64,000 bases of DNA from Azolla caroliniana (Eukaryota; Plantae; Polypodiophyta), in the NCBI GenBank assembly GCA_043228905.1, contig JBHGNT010000018.1, positions 15,500,001 through 15,564,000 on the forward strand, in the 5' to 3' direction. The translations under genes and the position numbers were made by a program. This document shows, piece after piece, positions 13,959 to 32,000 of this stretch. Under the pieces are notes generated by a model. That model made no database searches. It was not told the origin of the DNA and saw only the letters and a list, made by a program, of their open reading frames with translations. Every line of letters begins with the position of its first letter. Position 1 is the first letter of the stretch.

Positions 13959-14922
13959 ATCTTTGAGAAATGAGATTTCAATAGTTTTAATGAGATTGTT
14001 GATCGCGGTAATAAAATATCTTTTGGAAAGTTTGCTCTCCAAGCTCTCGAACCGGCATGTATTACAGCAAAGACAAATAGAAGTGGGAAGAAGGCCAATA
14101 ACGAGGTATGCTCACCGTGACGGTAAACTATGGATATGAGTTTTTCCTGACAAACCAATAAGCAAAAGATTTAACACTTACAGGTCAGAGACAGTTGTAA
14201 TCTTTGAGAAATGAGATTTCAATAGTTTTAATGAGATTGTTGATCGCGGTAATAAAATATCTTTTGGAAAGTTTGCTCTCCAAGCTCTCGAACCAGCATG
14301 TATTACAGCAAAGACAAATAGAAGTGGGAAGAAGGCCAATAACGAGGTATGCTCACCGTGACGGTAAACTATGGATACGAGTTTTTCCCGACAAACCAAT
14401 AAGCAAAAGATTTAACACTTACAGGTCAGAAACAGTTGTAATCTTTGAGAAATGAGATTTCAATAGTTTTAATGAGATTGTTGATCGCGGTAATAAAATA
14501 TATTTCGGAAAGTTTGCTCTCCAAGCTCTCGAACCAGCATGTATTACAGCAAAGACAAATAGAAGTAGGAAGAAGGCCAATAACGAGGTATGCTCACCGT
14601 GACGGTAAACTATGGATACGAGTTTTTCCCGACAAACCAATAAGCAAAAGATTTAACACTTACAGGTCAGAAACAGTTGTAATCTTTGAGAAATGAGATT
14701 TCAATAGTTTTAATGAGATTGTTGATCGCGGTAATAAAATATATTTCGGAAAGTTTGCTCTCCAAGCTCTCGAACCAGCATGTATTACAGCAAAGACAAA
14801 TAGAAGTAGGAAGAAGGCCAATAACGAGGTATGCTCACCGTGACGGTAAACTATGGATACGAGTTTTTCCCGACAAACCAATAAGCAAAAGATTTAACAC
14901 TTACAGGTCAGAGACAGTTGTA
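13959..14922 (+). repeat. rpl16: 4 x 241-bp tandem array, each unit holding a ~157-bp plastid rpl16 fragment (NUPT pseudogene)
   Basis: Units start at 13959, 14200, 14441 and 14682. With one extra A removed, unit 2 reads [52 protein letters not shown], matching plastid L16 (..[42 protein letters not shown]..). Confidence 0.9.
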
Positions 14923-15533
14923 TAAGGAGGCAAGGTTTTTTAGGATACGGGGAATCAATATAGGACTAGCTTCTAAAATCTAGTTTAAAACAAATTTCAT
15001 CCAACCTAAAACAGCGCACATGCATATGCAAAATATGGGCAATATTATTGAAAGGAAAATGACAAACATGGTATAGTCATATTTGCTTTGCAAAATCCAG
15101 AATATGTATTTTCTTAGACACCAATGTACAGTGTTTGGATACAACTCTTCGCTGCCAGATGTAGACATTGAAGTTTGTCCTGACTACAATCATAAACTCA
15201 AAACAAAGGTAAATAAAACCAAGCGCATATTCCAAAATATAAATCCAGTAAAGGATAATGCAAAAAATTTAATAGAAGTATCTATTACTGTCAGGAACTT
15301 GTTCAGATTACAACCAATAAAATATTTAGGGACCATGACTAGTCTGTAAGAATGACATAATAAAATTGGCATTATCACCATGTTCTTTTTCTTATAATCT
15401 TTTGTTCAGACAGCCTGATTTGCTTACTTCAGATCCATCAGATGTGCCCAGACTTGATTCAGCAAACAATAAAGGAGAAAATATGTAAGAGAAACACTTT
15501 GGTTTCTTCAAAAAAGTTTTGAAATTTGTCTGC

Positions 15534-21097
<5,564 letters not shown>

Positions 21098-21920
21098 AAC
21101 CTTCTTCCCTCTCTCTGATATGAATCTCTGTACAAGAATATAAGAGGTAACAGATTTTGACCATATTAATAACAGAAAAAAGACATAGATTTTGACCAGA
21201 TTCACAGAGAACAGAGAACTTTCTATCCGCATCCCTTTCTACGCATCACACATTCCATCAATGTCCACAAACATCACGAACCCTGTAAATCTCTCTATAT
21301 GAGTTTCTGTAGTGCTCAATAAACTTCGGGTAGATAACCTATTTTTCATAGAATCAATAGAAAACCAGAATCTACATGCTCTTGCTATGAATCACCCCCG
21401 TAAACCTGTCTATAATGTCATCTACAGAGCAATGAGTGCAAGTCCCAAAATAAACAGGAAACGCCGCATCTACATGATCTTGATCGTGAATCTACGGATG
21501 TCCACGATTCTCTAGAGCGATAATCTCTAAATCAGATGGTCTCTCTCTTCTCCGAAATTCTAGACAGAAAGAGGTTACAGCAAAATCGTAAGCGGGGGAG
21601 GAGGGGGAAGGGCGAAGTGCCTCCTGATTTCTCAATTTCGAACTGAAAACAGACTAGATTTCAACAGGAATAGAAGAAGACAAAAGAAAAAAGAAAAAAG
21701 AAAAGAAGAGCAAGCACGAGAACAGAGCGCAGCAGTCATGAAAAAGACAGAGAGGGAAGGAGGAGGTTTACTTACCTTGGACAGGAACGAATTGGGGAGG
21801 ATCTGAAGGGAACGAGAAGAGACGGATCTAGCTCTCACAGACTCAGAATCAGAGTCAGACACAGAGAAGCAGAAAGGTGTGGGTAGGGAAGAAAGAACGG
21901 AAGAAAGAAGATAATATGGG

Positions 21921-21947
21921 AAACCCTAACCCTAGACCTAACCCTGG
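21921..21947. promoter_or_regulatory. Telo-box (AAACCCTAA) and adjacent degenerate copies at the helicase promoter
   Basis: AAACCCTAACCCTAGACCTAACCCT just upstream of the 5'UTR exon; telo-boxes are typical of plant translation and RNA-processing genes. Confidence 0.6.
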
Positions 21948-24019
21948 TTACGTGCTCTGGTTAACTGCTGCTATTTATTTAGATAAGAGAACTTATATGT
22001 ATGTATCCCCCACATTTAGAGCAATCTCCAGATTTAGTGTAAATGAAAGATTGGCTTTCCTCGCTGGTTTCATGACCTGGAAGGGAGTTCGCAACGGTTC
22101 GGCACGAGCTGGAACTGAGCCGTTAATAACCATTTTTAAACACTTTTGACGGTTTGGACCGGATAGGTTTGAGCTCGGTTCAGTTCCGCTTGACCTTGCC
22201 ACACTGATTATGCCTTCTTAACATGTTCAGTCCAGTTAAGGCTAAGGCATAGTCAGTGCAAATTTGAAAACCCGTAGACGGGTTTAAGAATTAACCGTCG
22301 GTAAAGTGGGAATTGAATTGTTTTAGTTCCCTATACCTGATATCACCTTCAAATTCAAAGATTTTTACACTCATGCTTGTTCGCGACCTACTACTTCATA
22401 TGTATAATGTCACCCCCATGTGATTAGCACCCAAGTGACCTACTGATTTAGGTGACCCCCAATGTGAATGGCACTCGGGCGATTCTACCCTCACCCCTCT
22501 TCATATTTGAGGAATGTTGCATCTTTTTATGTAGTGTGCAATAGCTGGTGAGCAAGGTTCGAGTTCACACAACCCAAGTCTTCGTGCCACGAGCGAGAGA
22601 AGAGCCGGTTGTTCATTATGTTGGGGGAGGATAGACGGAACTAGTTAGTTATGGCATCTATCAAAGACATATGCCATTTACTTGATTATGAAATTTCATT
22701 GTTAAATGCTCTCCAATTAGGGAGTTTTTTTACCATTGGCTTGATTGGTCAAATTAAGATCTTACTTTGCCAACATTAATGCTTTATTTAGAAAGTGGGC
22801 ATGCCAAAGTTGAGGACTATTAGAACATTAATTCAAAACATTTATTTCCAACAAGAACCTTGATTATGTGCATAATCCTAATTTTCAAGCGATTGGGACC
22901 CCAACTGTTGTTGATGTTGTGACCAAGCCTAAGCCTGTATATGTATTTCTGAAATAAGAACTCGATGTATATTTTAAATTTTTGATACATATAGGCATAC
23001 ATTTAGTACTTTCCTTCTTTTACTGCATATTATGGAATACACATTTGAGCTTTCCTTTTTTCCTTGGTAGCCTTTGCATACTACATTGAAAACCCCTGGT
23101 TAGTATTAGAGACATGTACTAAAGTAAGCATTAGATAAGGATAGGTCTAGGTAGATAGAAAGAAAGGAGAGAGAGAAAGAAGGGTGTTGATCCACCCGAC
23201 CACCCCCGAGTGAAGGGATCGAGACGGACTCGAGCCTCGATCGGCGTCCCATACCACCGACGTCGCGTTGTTATGCGCGTACGTGTAGAAAGGGGCGGGA
23301 CCACGGGGGTCTTGGACCGAGGAGCGAGAGAGAGACAGAGAGACAGAGAGAGACAGAGAGAGAGAAAGATTCACCGACTCGTAGAAGCGAGAAAGAGAGA
23401 GACACAACACAACACTTAATTATAATTACAGAGATTACAAACTCCGACGATTACAACCGACAAAGCGGCGACAGACCCGACACAGGGACCCTACTCACGC
23501 ACACCGACGACAGTCACCCGACTCGAGGAAACGAAAAGGGGGGGGGGGGCGACTCTGTTGGAAGCACACGGGCTGTCCACGAAGCAGAGGCAGCGACCTT
23601 CCGACACACGTAGAGAGCGACGATTCGAGAGCAGCAAAGAGACAGCTCGAGCCTCCGTTCTGCAGCAACCTTCTTTTCTCCTCCTCGTGTGTGATATCTT
23701 TCTTCTCTTGTCAAGTCCCTTTTTATTCCCTGTCCTCCCCTCCGTCTGATAGAGATACGCACAATCCCCTGATAAATGCGTGCCGCCTCGTATTTCACCC
23801 ACCGATCCGTTTATGAATCGGGTACAAAAGATCAAGTTACGTGTCCATCCGTGTAAGAGCCGGTTCACGCGCCTTTCTCTCTGAATCCGCCTATGGCCGG
23901 TTTTCTTCACGACATCCACCCCCACCAAACCGCGCATCCACCGGCATGCGCCAGAGACAAGTAGATACCGAAGAAAACTGGCCTCACTCGTTGCTCTCCG
24001 GTTCTCCGCCGGACCCGAA

Positions 24020-27000
24020 CTAATCGTCGTTGTCGCTCCCGCTTGCAGGCTCCGGCTCGTCTTCGAACCGCTTTTTGAACGCTTTGATCCGCTTCCCGGC
24101 CATCGGCACCGCTAACCGTGTCCCGTCGAGTTCCGCGAGGTGGTACGTGTCATTGCTGTTCACGCTCGTCACCGTGTAGGGCCCGAACCATCTCCTAGCA
24201 AACTTTCGCACCGCCTTGTGCTGATTGTCGAGGCTGCTGTCATATACCAAGACCCAGTCGCCTTCCTCGATCTTCTTTGGTCGCAACCGGTGCGTCCAGT
24301 TGAACCGGGTCTTGTTCCGCTCCCTTGCCGCTCGCAGCTTTTCCTTCGCCTGTATCACGTCCTCCAGCCTCTGCTCGAGTTGTCGGATCCGCGCCGCCAG
24401 CAACTCCTCCCGACTCATTTCATCCTTCCAATCTACTGCCGCCCATGAAGAAACCGTTCGTTCCACCGGCATGATCGGCTTCTGTCTGTACATCAGCTCT
24501 GTCGGCATAAACCCAGTTACCGAACTGTGTGTAGTCCGATCTGCCCATAACGCGTAAGGAAGGAGCCGCGGCCAATTCCCGACCTGCCCTCCGCATGCAC
24601 GCACCAACACTTTTATGATAGGCCTGTGCCCACGTTCCACCTTTCCGTTCGCCTCCGGATTGTATGCCGTAGTGAGGGAGAGTTTGACGCCTAGCCGGTC
24701 GAACAACTCCTCAGCTTCCCGCGCATCCAACTCTCCCCGGTCCGCCACGATCCTCCCGACGCACCCGTACCGACACACTACTTCTTCGATCAGGAACCGG
24801 CATACCGCCACGGTTGTCTTGCTTTGCAGTGCATGACCTTCCACCTGGTTCGTTAAGTCTTCCCGTGCAAGCACCAGGTATCGCATCTGTCCTACCCCCA
24901 TCGGCATCGTCACCAAGTCCACCATCCACTTGAAATGGACCGTAGGCGGGTAGGTCGGGTGTAGCTCGTCCCAGTGTCGGACTACGGAGTGCACCTGACA
25001 GCTTTCGCAAGTCGTTACGAACCGATGCACGTCCTGGTATAGCCCCGACCACCAGTACTTCTCCTTCAGCTTCTCGAACGTGGCCCACGTTCCGCGGTGT
25101 CCGGCCCATGGGCTCTCGTGGAATGCCGCCAGTAGTTTCCCCTGTTCTTCTTTCTTTACCACTACTCGGAGTGGGATGCCGCTTCTCTTCTTTGGGTGTT
25201 TCCATATGCACCCGTCCCACAGGAAGAATCGGTACGCCTTCCTCCGTATCCGGCTCGCCTCCTCTCTCGCCCATGCTGCGTCCGGCGTCATCGTCCGTAG
25301 GAACCTCCCGATTTGGAGCCACTCCCCGTCATACCTGCTTTCGTCAAATTTGTTGAGCGCCAGAGTGCTCCCTTTCCTTCTTGTCGTCACGTTAGCTGAC
25401 CCGAAGAAGTCCTCGCCGACTTCTTCGTCCTCCGAAACCATGCCGTCTTCGTCGTTGAACCTTGCCCTTGAAAGCATGTCGGCCATGGCGTTGTCCTTTC
25501 CGGAGATGTGCCGTATCTCCGGGTTCAGGGATTTAATGTACGCTATCCACTGGAGCATTGCTAGGTCTGACGTTGCGCATCCGGAAACCATGCTGAGTAT
25601 TGGCAGGCAGTCCGTCTCAATAATCACCTCCGTCCCGATCAGATAATCCTTGTCGGCCTTGACTGCCGAAACGACACCCCAAAGTTCGCGCTTAACTTGG
25701 GCGTACCCTCGTTGCCGCTCGCTCAATACTTTCGCCCCGAACCGGATCGGGAATCGTACGCCGCCCTTGTCCTCCTGACTGATTACCCACCCGATCCCGG
25801 TTGGGCTGGTGTCCACTGTTACGCAGATGGGAACATCCTTGCCGTAAACCACTTTACGGAGAGCCAGCGCTGCCGTAAGCGCCTCCTTTAGTCTCCGAAC
25901 CAACTCCGTGTGCTCCGTCCTCCACTCAAAGCTACGCCCCTTTTTCAATAGTCCGTAGAGGGGTTCCGCGACATGTGCGTAGTACGGGATCCAGATGTGA
26001 TAGAACGCGCATGCCCCCAAGAATCGGCGGACCTCTGTGACCGACCCGCAAACGTTCCTCATCGCGGAGATGGCCTCTACCTTTGCCGGAGACGGTTTCC
26101 TACTATAAGGCCCGCACAGGTGTCCGACCACCAAGATCTCCGACTGTCTGAAGGCCGACTTTTCCCCGGAGAAGGTGAACCTCGCGCGCTCTAGTCTCTG
26201 CAGCACCTTCTCACAGTCATCGATGTGAGTCGCCACGAAATTTCGACATCCGTCCGGCCCGACTGCCTTGTCCCTTTCCTCCACCGGGCATCCCCTGATC
26301 AGGATGTCGTCTAAGAACGACATGGTGATGTCCGGGATACAGTCCCTGAGCACCTTGTTCATTGCGTTCACCATGTGAGCCACTGAGTTCGTCCCTCCTT
26401 GTGGTAGGGTACACATCCGCACTAGGCCGAGAGGAGTCCGCATCGTCGTAATGTCTCGGCTCTACACAGCTAGTTGGAACTGATCATACCCTGAGTACAG
26501 ATCACCGACAGAGTAAATCGACCTTCCGGCGAAGGCCTCCGCGAACTCGTCTATGGTCGGTCTGATTCCTGCGTTACGGATGGTTACCTTGTTGACCGGT
26601 TGCAGGTCCTGAATGAAGCGCATCATGCCGTTCTTCTTCGGCACCGTGAACCACCGATTCGAATACGGGGCACTCGACGGTTCGAGGATGCCCATCTCCA
26701 CCTTTTGCTTCAGGAGCTCCATCAACTTCGGGATGTGAGCTCTCGGCACCGGAATCGGCTTGAGATTCCACGGTACATGTGGTACCGTGAAGATCACCAT
26801 CGGCTCGACAACTGTCGGGTCTACGCACCCGATCTCCTCCGGTGAGAATGCGAAAGCCTTCCCGTGCCCCCGAGCATTCTCCGAAACCGGTCCTCCTCTG
26901 CCAACAATAGAAAGCCACCCCCACCGACCTTGAGCTCCCGTAGCGTTATGTCGGTGAACTAGTGCCCTATGCCAGCCGGATTCCGTAAACTTGGGTCCGA

Positions 27001-27474
27001 CGCGACCCCTTTTATCCGCTCCTCACTGCCCTCCGGCAAGGGTGCCGCGACTGGCCTCACCTTCCGGTCCACAGTCTTGTATTTCGTATCCACGCGGGCC
27101 GTCTGATCCGATCCGATCCTTTCCCCGAAGTTCGCGATGACTTCGTACATTCCCATCGATTCTACTGGAACGGTCCGGTCTTTTCTAAGGTCTTCATCGA
27201 TCACCTTTCGTAGTTCGCCCAAGGTGTCGTCAAAAGAGACCGCCTCCACGACGCCGTTGATGTCTTCGTCGGGGAAGAGGACTCTGCATTCTTTGAGCCG
27301 CTCCTCCACTCGCTTCCTCTCCCGGCCGCTGATGCCGGTTATAGTACAACCTCCGTTGTCGGAGAACCAAAACTTCCTACCCATGGTACAAGTCTTCTTC
27401 CATGTTGTACATTTGTGGGGTCGTTCCCGGGAGTCCGGACTATCGCGGCCCCACGCCTTGATAGCCCTCTCTAA
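24020..27474 (-). pseudogene. Element B pol (RT, RNase H, integrase) with premature stops and a frameshift
   Basis: RFIQDLQPVN, DLYSGYDQ, LPQGGTNS, FLDD, VDTSPTGIG, KRELWG, H..GH..C..C, ADRGE, NGKVER and FGPY in ORFs 26959-27384, 26462-26800 and 24020-26443. Confidence 0.9.
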
Positions 27475-29090
27475 AAATCCCCTCGGGTTTCGCTGCCAAG
27501 GGCCTCGCGGTTACGCTCGTGGTTTGGTCTCACCGTTAGGAACTGGACCGAGTGGCGCCCGTCCTAGCTCTTGACTCTTGCATAGGCTGAACCGTTGTCC
27601 AGCACCTTGGTCTCCATCCGTGCTGCCATGATATATGGCTCTCCTAGTATAACCGGATGCGAGGACGTCTCCTGCACGAAGAAGTGCTGGTCGATCTCGA
27701 CATCGCCGATTTTCACCCGTACGTTCGGACAGGCCCCATGTAGTTCTTCCGTGGCACGCGTCGCTGCCCGTATCTTCCAGCCATGCTTGATGTTGATCGG
27801 CCATTTACCCTTCTTGTCGAAATCCATGGACATCAGGTTGATTTCGGACCCATGGTCTACCAACGCCACCACCGGTTCCAGAACGTTGCCGATCCGTACA
27901 GGGGTTCCCGTAGTCGCCCTGGCCTAATGCGGCTTCGTGTAGTGGCTTCCCGCCAGCTCATCTTCCAGGGCTCCGTCTTCTAGGTGCGTGGTCCGCACTT
28001 CCATTGGCTTCTCCGGTTCCGGCTCCGTCAAGAGCCTCTTCCGCTTCACCAAGTCTACGAGTTGTGGAACTCCCTCTTGGCGATTCCCAGCACCTTCCAT
28101 AACGACAGCTCCACTTTACTGTCGAGGATTCGCTCTTCAAGGACCTTCCGTAGGTTCGTTGCTCTCTCGATTTCGGTGCTCAACCGAAACCCCGCCTGCT
28201 TCTTCCCATCCGGCACGCTTGGGTTGTTGGCACCGGTCGGTTTCGGCCTGAACCGAGTCTCATACCTCGGGGCCCCAACCCCTCTGGCCTTTCCTGCCCG
28301 TTTGTCCTCCACCAGAACCTCGTAGTTCTGGCAAGTGGCTTCTACGAAGCCCGTTTTCTCTTCCACCGGATCGTCCCAACCGGTGACCTCCTGGACCCGC
28401 TGTTCCGCGCGGTCCGCCTCTTCCTTCCTCAGCCGAACTCCGGAGAGGCCTTCTAGCACTAGCGGCCAGAATCCGGAGTCTTTCGCCTTCCGAGTTTCAT
28501 CACCCCTGACCCGAATTCCCACCGACACTGAGTAGTTAACGACTTCAACGTGCCTTGTCGCGGCCTCTTCCATCAACCTCTTCATTCTGCCGCGCCCCGT
28601 ATTCAGTTCCAGGGCTCTCCGGGTCTCGCTCGTGTGCACCCACCCGTTCCAGAGGTACACCACAATGGTCTTGAGCGCGTCGGTGAAATCTGCGTAGTCC
28701 TTCCGAATGTGACCAATCGCGTCACACCACATGCACTGCTGCCCAGCTGGCGGCCTCCAGTCGTGAGGTTGTTCACCGCTGTCTCTTCGGGCCTGTGCGA
28801 TCTGCAGGTCGCGCACCATTTGTGTTAGCTCCTCCAGAGCCGCTCCTCCGGACGAGCCTCTGACCACGTCGTTCGATGCCGACCCCGACTCCGGCCAGAT
28901 TTGGGTCTCTTCCTTCCTCCCAACCGGCACCGAAACCGGCTCCTCGAGCCTCCTCCCCGGGACCGGCCCCGACCCCGACGCGCTTCCGTCGCTCCAATCG
29001 CGCCGTTTGTCGAAACGGCTGCAGACCCGTTTTACCACGGCCCAATCCGTCGTGAGCCCTTCGTCCGTTTCTAGTAGGGGACCCACCTTT

Positions 29091-32000
29091 TGTTGGGATT
29101 ACGGTCCCTTCGCATGGGATGGTCGGATGTCGGGGATGAATGCCGACAAGCCCGGTTTCGGTTTCGGATCCGGATGACGAAGACCCCGGTTTCGGTACCG
29201 GATGACGAATGTACCCGGAGAGCGATCCGGATGCAGGGACATATCCGTGAATATGTTCGCTATGGGCCCCTGAGGCTACAGTTGTAAATAGCCCAAAGTC
29301 ATATAAGTATAAATATGACTTAGGGCAAATAGTTTAGCAGTTGCTTCTCATTTTTCTGTTTTTCCACTCAAGAGGAGTGAAGTGTAAGCAGCCGTGAGAG
29401 AGAGAGAGATAGAGCGCGAGAGAGGAAGAGGTAGACGCCTCTGTGTATTTCCGCCGCCTGTGGCGAGGACAGCGAGCTCAAGGTCGTCGCCTTGCAGCTC
29501 GCCATTGTATACTTCTCTGTATAGTGTTGGTTTGGAGTCTTGTACTCCCGTGGTTTTTCCCGTATAGGGTTTTCCACGTTAATCCCTGTGTACTCGCGTT
29601 TTGTTTCTCTTTGTGGTTCCTATTTTCTGCTCCATCGATTCGCGCTTACTCGGTTGTGGCCGAGCGGTGAAGGTGAATAGAAGCGTCTATTCCTTACAAA
29701 CTGGTATCAGAGCGACTGTTGCAGAAAATGGAAGGCGGCGGCAGCGGGCAGCCGGGGATGATGGTGCTGAATGCACAGAATTACGCCGACTGGAAGATCA
29801 AGATGGAGGATCTTCTGATTGTTCGGGACCTGTACGAACCGATTGACAGGTCGGAAATACCGAAGGGGGTACTTGAGTCGGAGTGGAAGCTCCTGAACCG
29901 GAAAGCCGTAGCGACGATCCGACAATATGTCGATGTAAGCGTCCTACAACATGTGGCGAACGACACCAACGCATATGAGATGTGGAAGAAGCTGTCGGAC
30001 CTCTACGAGAGGAAGAATGCGTTGAACCGGACCTCCCTGATGAGGAAGATAGTGAACCTCAAGTACCGGGACGGCGAGAGTATGGTTGAACACGTAAGCA
30101 CGTTCATGGGATTCGTGAACCAGCTTGCGGCGATTAAGTTCCCGTTGGAGGATGCAATGCAAGCCATCATCCTGATGTGTACATTGCCAGAAAGCTGGGA
30201 GAACTTGGTGGTGACTCTCAGCACCTCCTGCACCGAAGATAACTTGTCCTTACAGACGGTAAAGACAAGTATTTTGAATGAAGAAGCGCGTCGGAGAGAT
30301 AAGGAACCGGCCTCCGAACCGAAGATGTTGTTTACCGAATCGGATCGGGGAAGACAATGGAACCGGAGTCCGCAAAGACGGGAGAAGTCGGGGACCCGGT
30401 CGCAGTCAAGAGGAAGGCCCACATGCTTCCACTGTGGGAAGCCGGGGCACTTCCGAAAGAATTGTCGGCATTACCGAAAAGACAATGGAACCGACAACAC
30501 CGATTCGAAGAAGTCACCGGAGAGAAACGGTGCATACCGGGGAGCCACGGACCGGAATGGTTCGGATCGGCGAGGACAGGACCGGAAAGGAACGACGGCA
30601 CTCGCGGCAAGTGAAGAGGAGATCATGCTCATCACCGAAGAAGGTGAACTAAACATTGCCGGCGATGAGACGACCTGGGTGGTCGATTCCGGAGCATCGT
30701 TCCACCTGACCCCGGAGAGAAGATACTTCTCATCCTACACAGCCGGCGAGCATGGCTGTGTTCGGATGGGAAACGAAGGTACGTGCCGGATTGCCGGCAT
30801 AGGAGACGTGTGGTTGACAACCCCGACCGGATGCAAAATGCTGCTGAAGAATGTCCGACACGTTCCGAAGGTCCGACTGAACCTGATTTCGGCCGGGAGG
30901 CTAGATGATGAAGGCTACACGGGTAGCATCCGGAACGGTGTCATGAAGTTCAGCAAGGGGAGCTTGATAGTGGCTCGGGCCCGGAAGGTCAACACACTGT
31001 ACCTGATGAATGCCCGGTTATGTCCGGAAGAGCTGAATGTGGCAGCCGACACTGCCGGTGAGCTGTGGCACAAAAGACTGTGCCACATGAGTGAGAAGGG
31101 GATGAAGAGGCTTGCAGAAGACAACCTTATTCCGGTGAAGCATGTGCACCTGGAGAAGTGCACCGACTGCCTGGCCGGTAAGCAGAACCGAACCTCCTTC
31201 CACTCAAGGCCACCGACGAGACGTAGCGCACCATTGGAGTTGGTGCACACCGACGTGTGTCAGGTAGAAACGAAGTCACATGGCGGAGCCCAGTACTTCG
31301 TAACTTTCATAGATGATCACAGCCGAAGACTGTGGACGGCACCGTTGAAGACAAAGGACCAAGTGTTGTGCGTCTTCAAAGAACTCCACGCGAGAGTGGA
31401 AAGGGAATCCGGCAAGAAGCTGAAAGCGATACGAGCGGATAACGGAGGGGAATACCGGGGGCAGTTCCAGGAGTACTGTCGCTCGAAGGGAATCCGGCTC
31501 GAGTTTACTGTGCCGAAGACGCCGGAACTGAACGGGCTGGCCGAGAGGATGAACCGGACCATAATGGAGAGGGTTCGGAGTATGCTGGCGCATGCGAAAT
31601 TACCCAAGGGGTTTTGGGCTGAGGCAATGTCGACGGCGACATATGTGATAAACCGATCACCCTCAGTACCTTTGGACGGAGACACGCCGCAGAGAGTGTG
31701 GACCGGTAGGGAAGTATCCTACCGGCATCTGAAGGTGTTCGGGTGTCTCGCATACGTGCACGTGGCGAAGGACCGGAGAGGAAAGCTAGATCCGAAGACT
31801 CGGCCATGCATATTCCTCGGTTACGGCGACGACGAGTTCGGCTACCGAGTATGGGACCCGGTCGACAAGAAGATATTCAGGAGTCGAGATATCGTCTTTA
31901 TGGAGGACAAGACACTCGCCGACTGGGAGTCGGAGAAGAAGATGAAGAGCTCCAAGTCGACCGGTGAGGATAAACTCTACGAGGAGCAGTCCCGACCGGC

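Noticed and set aside
13959-14922. CRISPR-like array or functional nuclear rpl16 gene
   Set aside because: Units are identical head to tail with no unique spacers; the rpl16 part is partial, frameshifted and lacks a transit peptide.
21921-21947. Interstitial telomere remnant
   Set aside because: Too short and located at a promoter; better explained as a telo-box.
22060-22300. Possible MITE remnant with GGTTC/GAACC-type subrepeats
   Set aside because: No TIR pair or TSD could be fixed.
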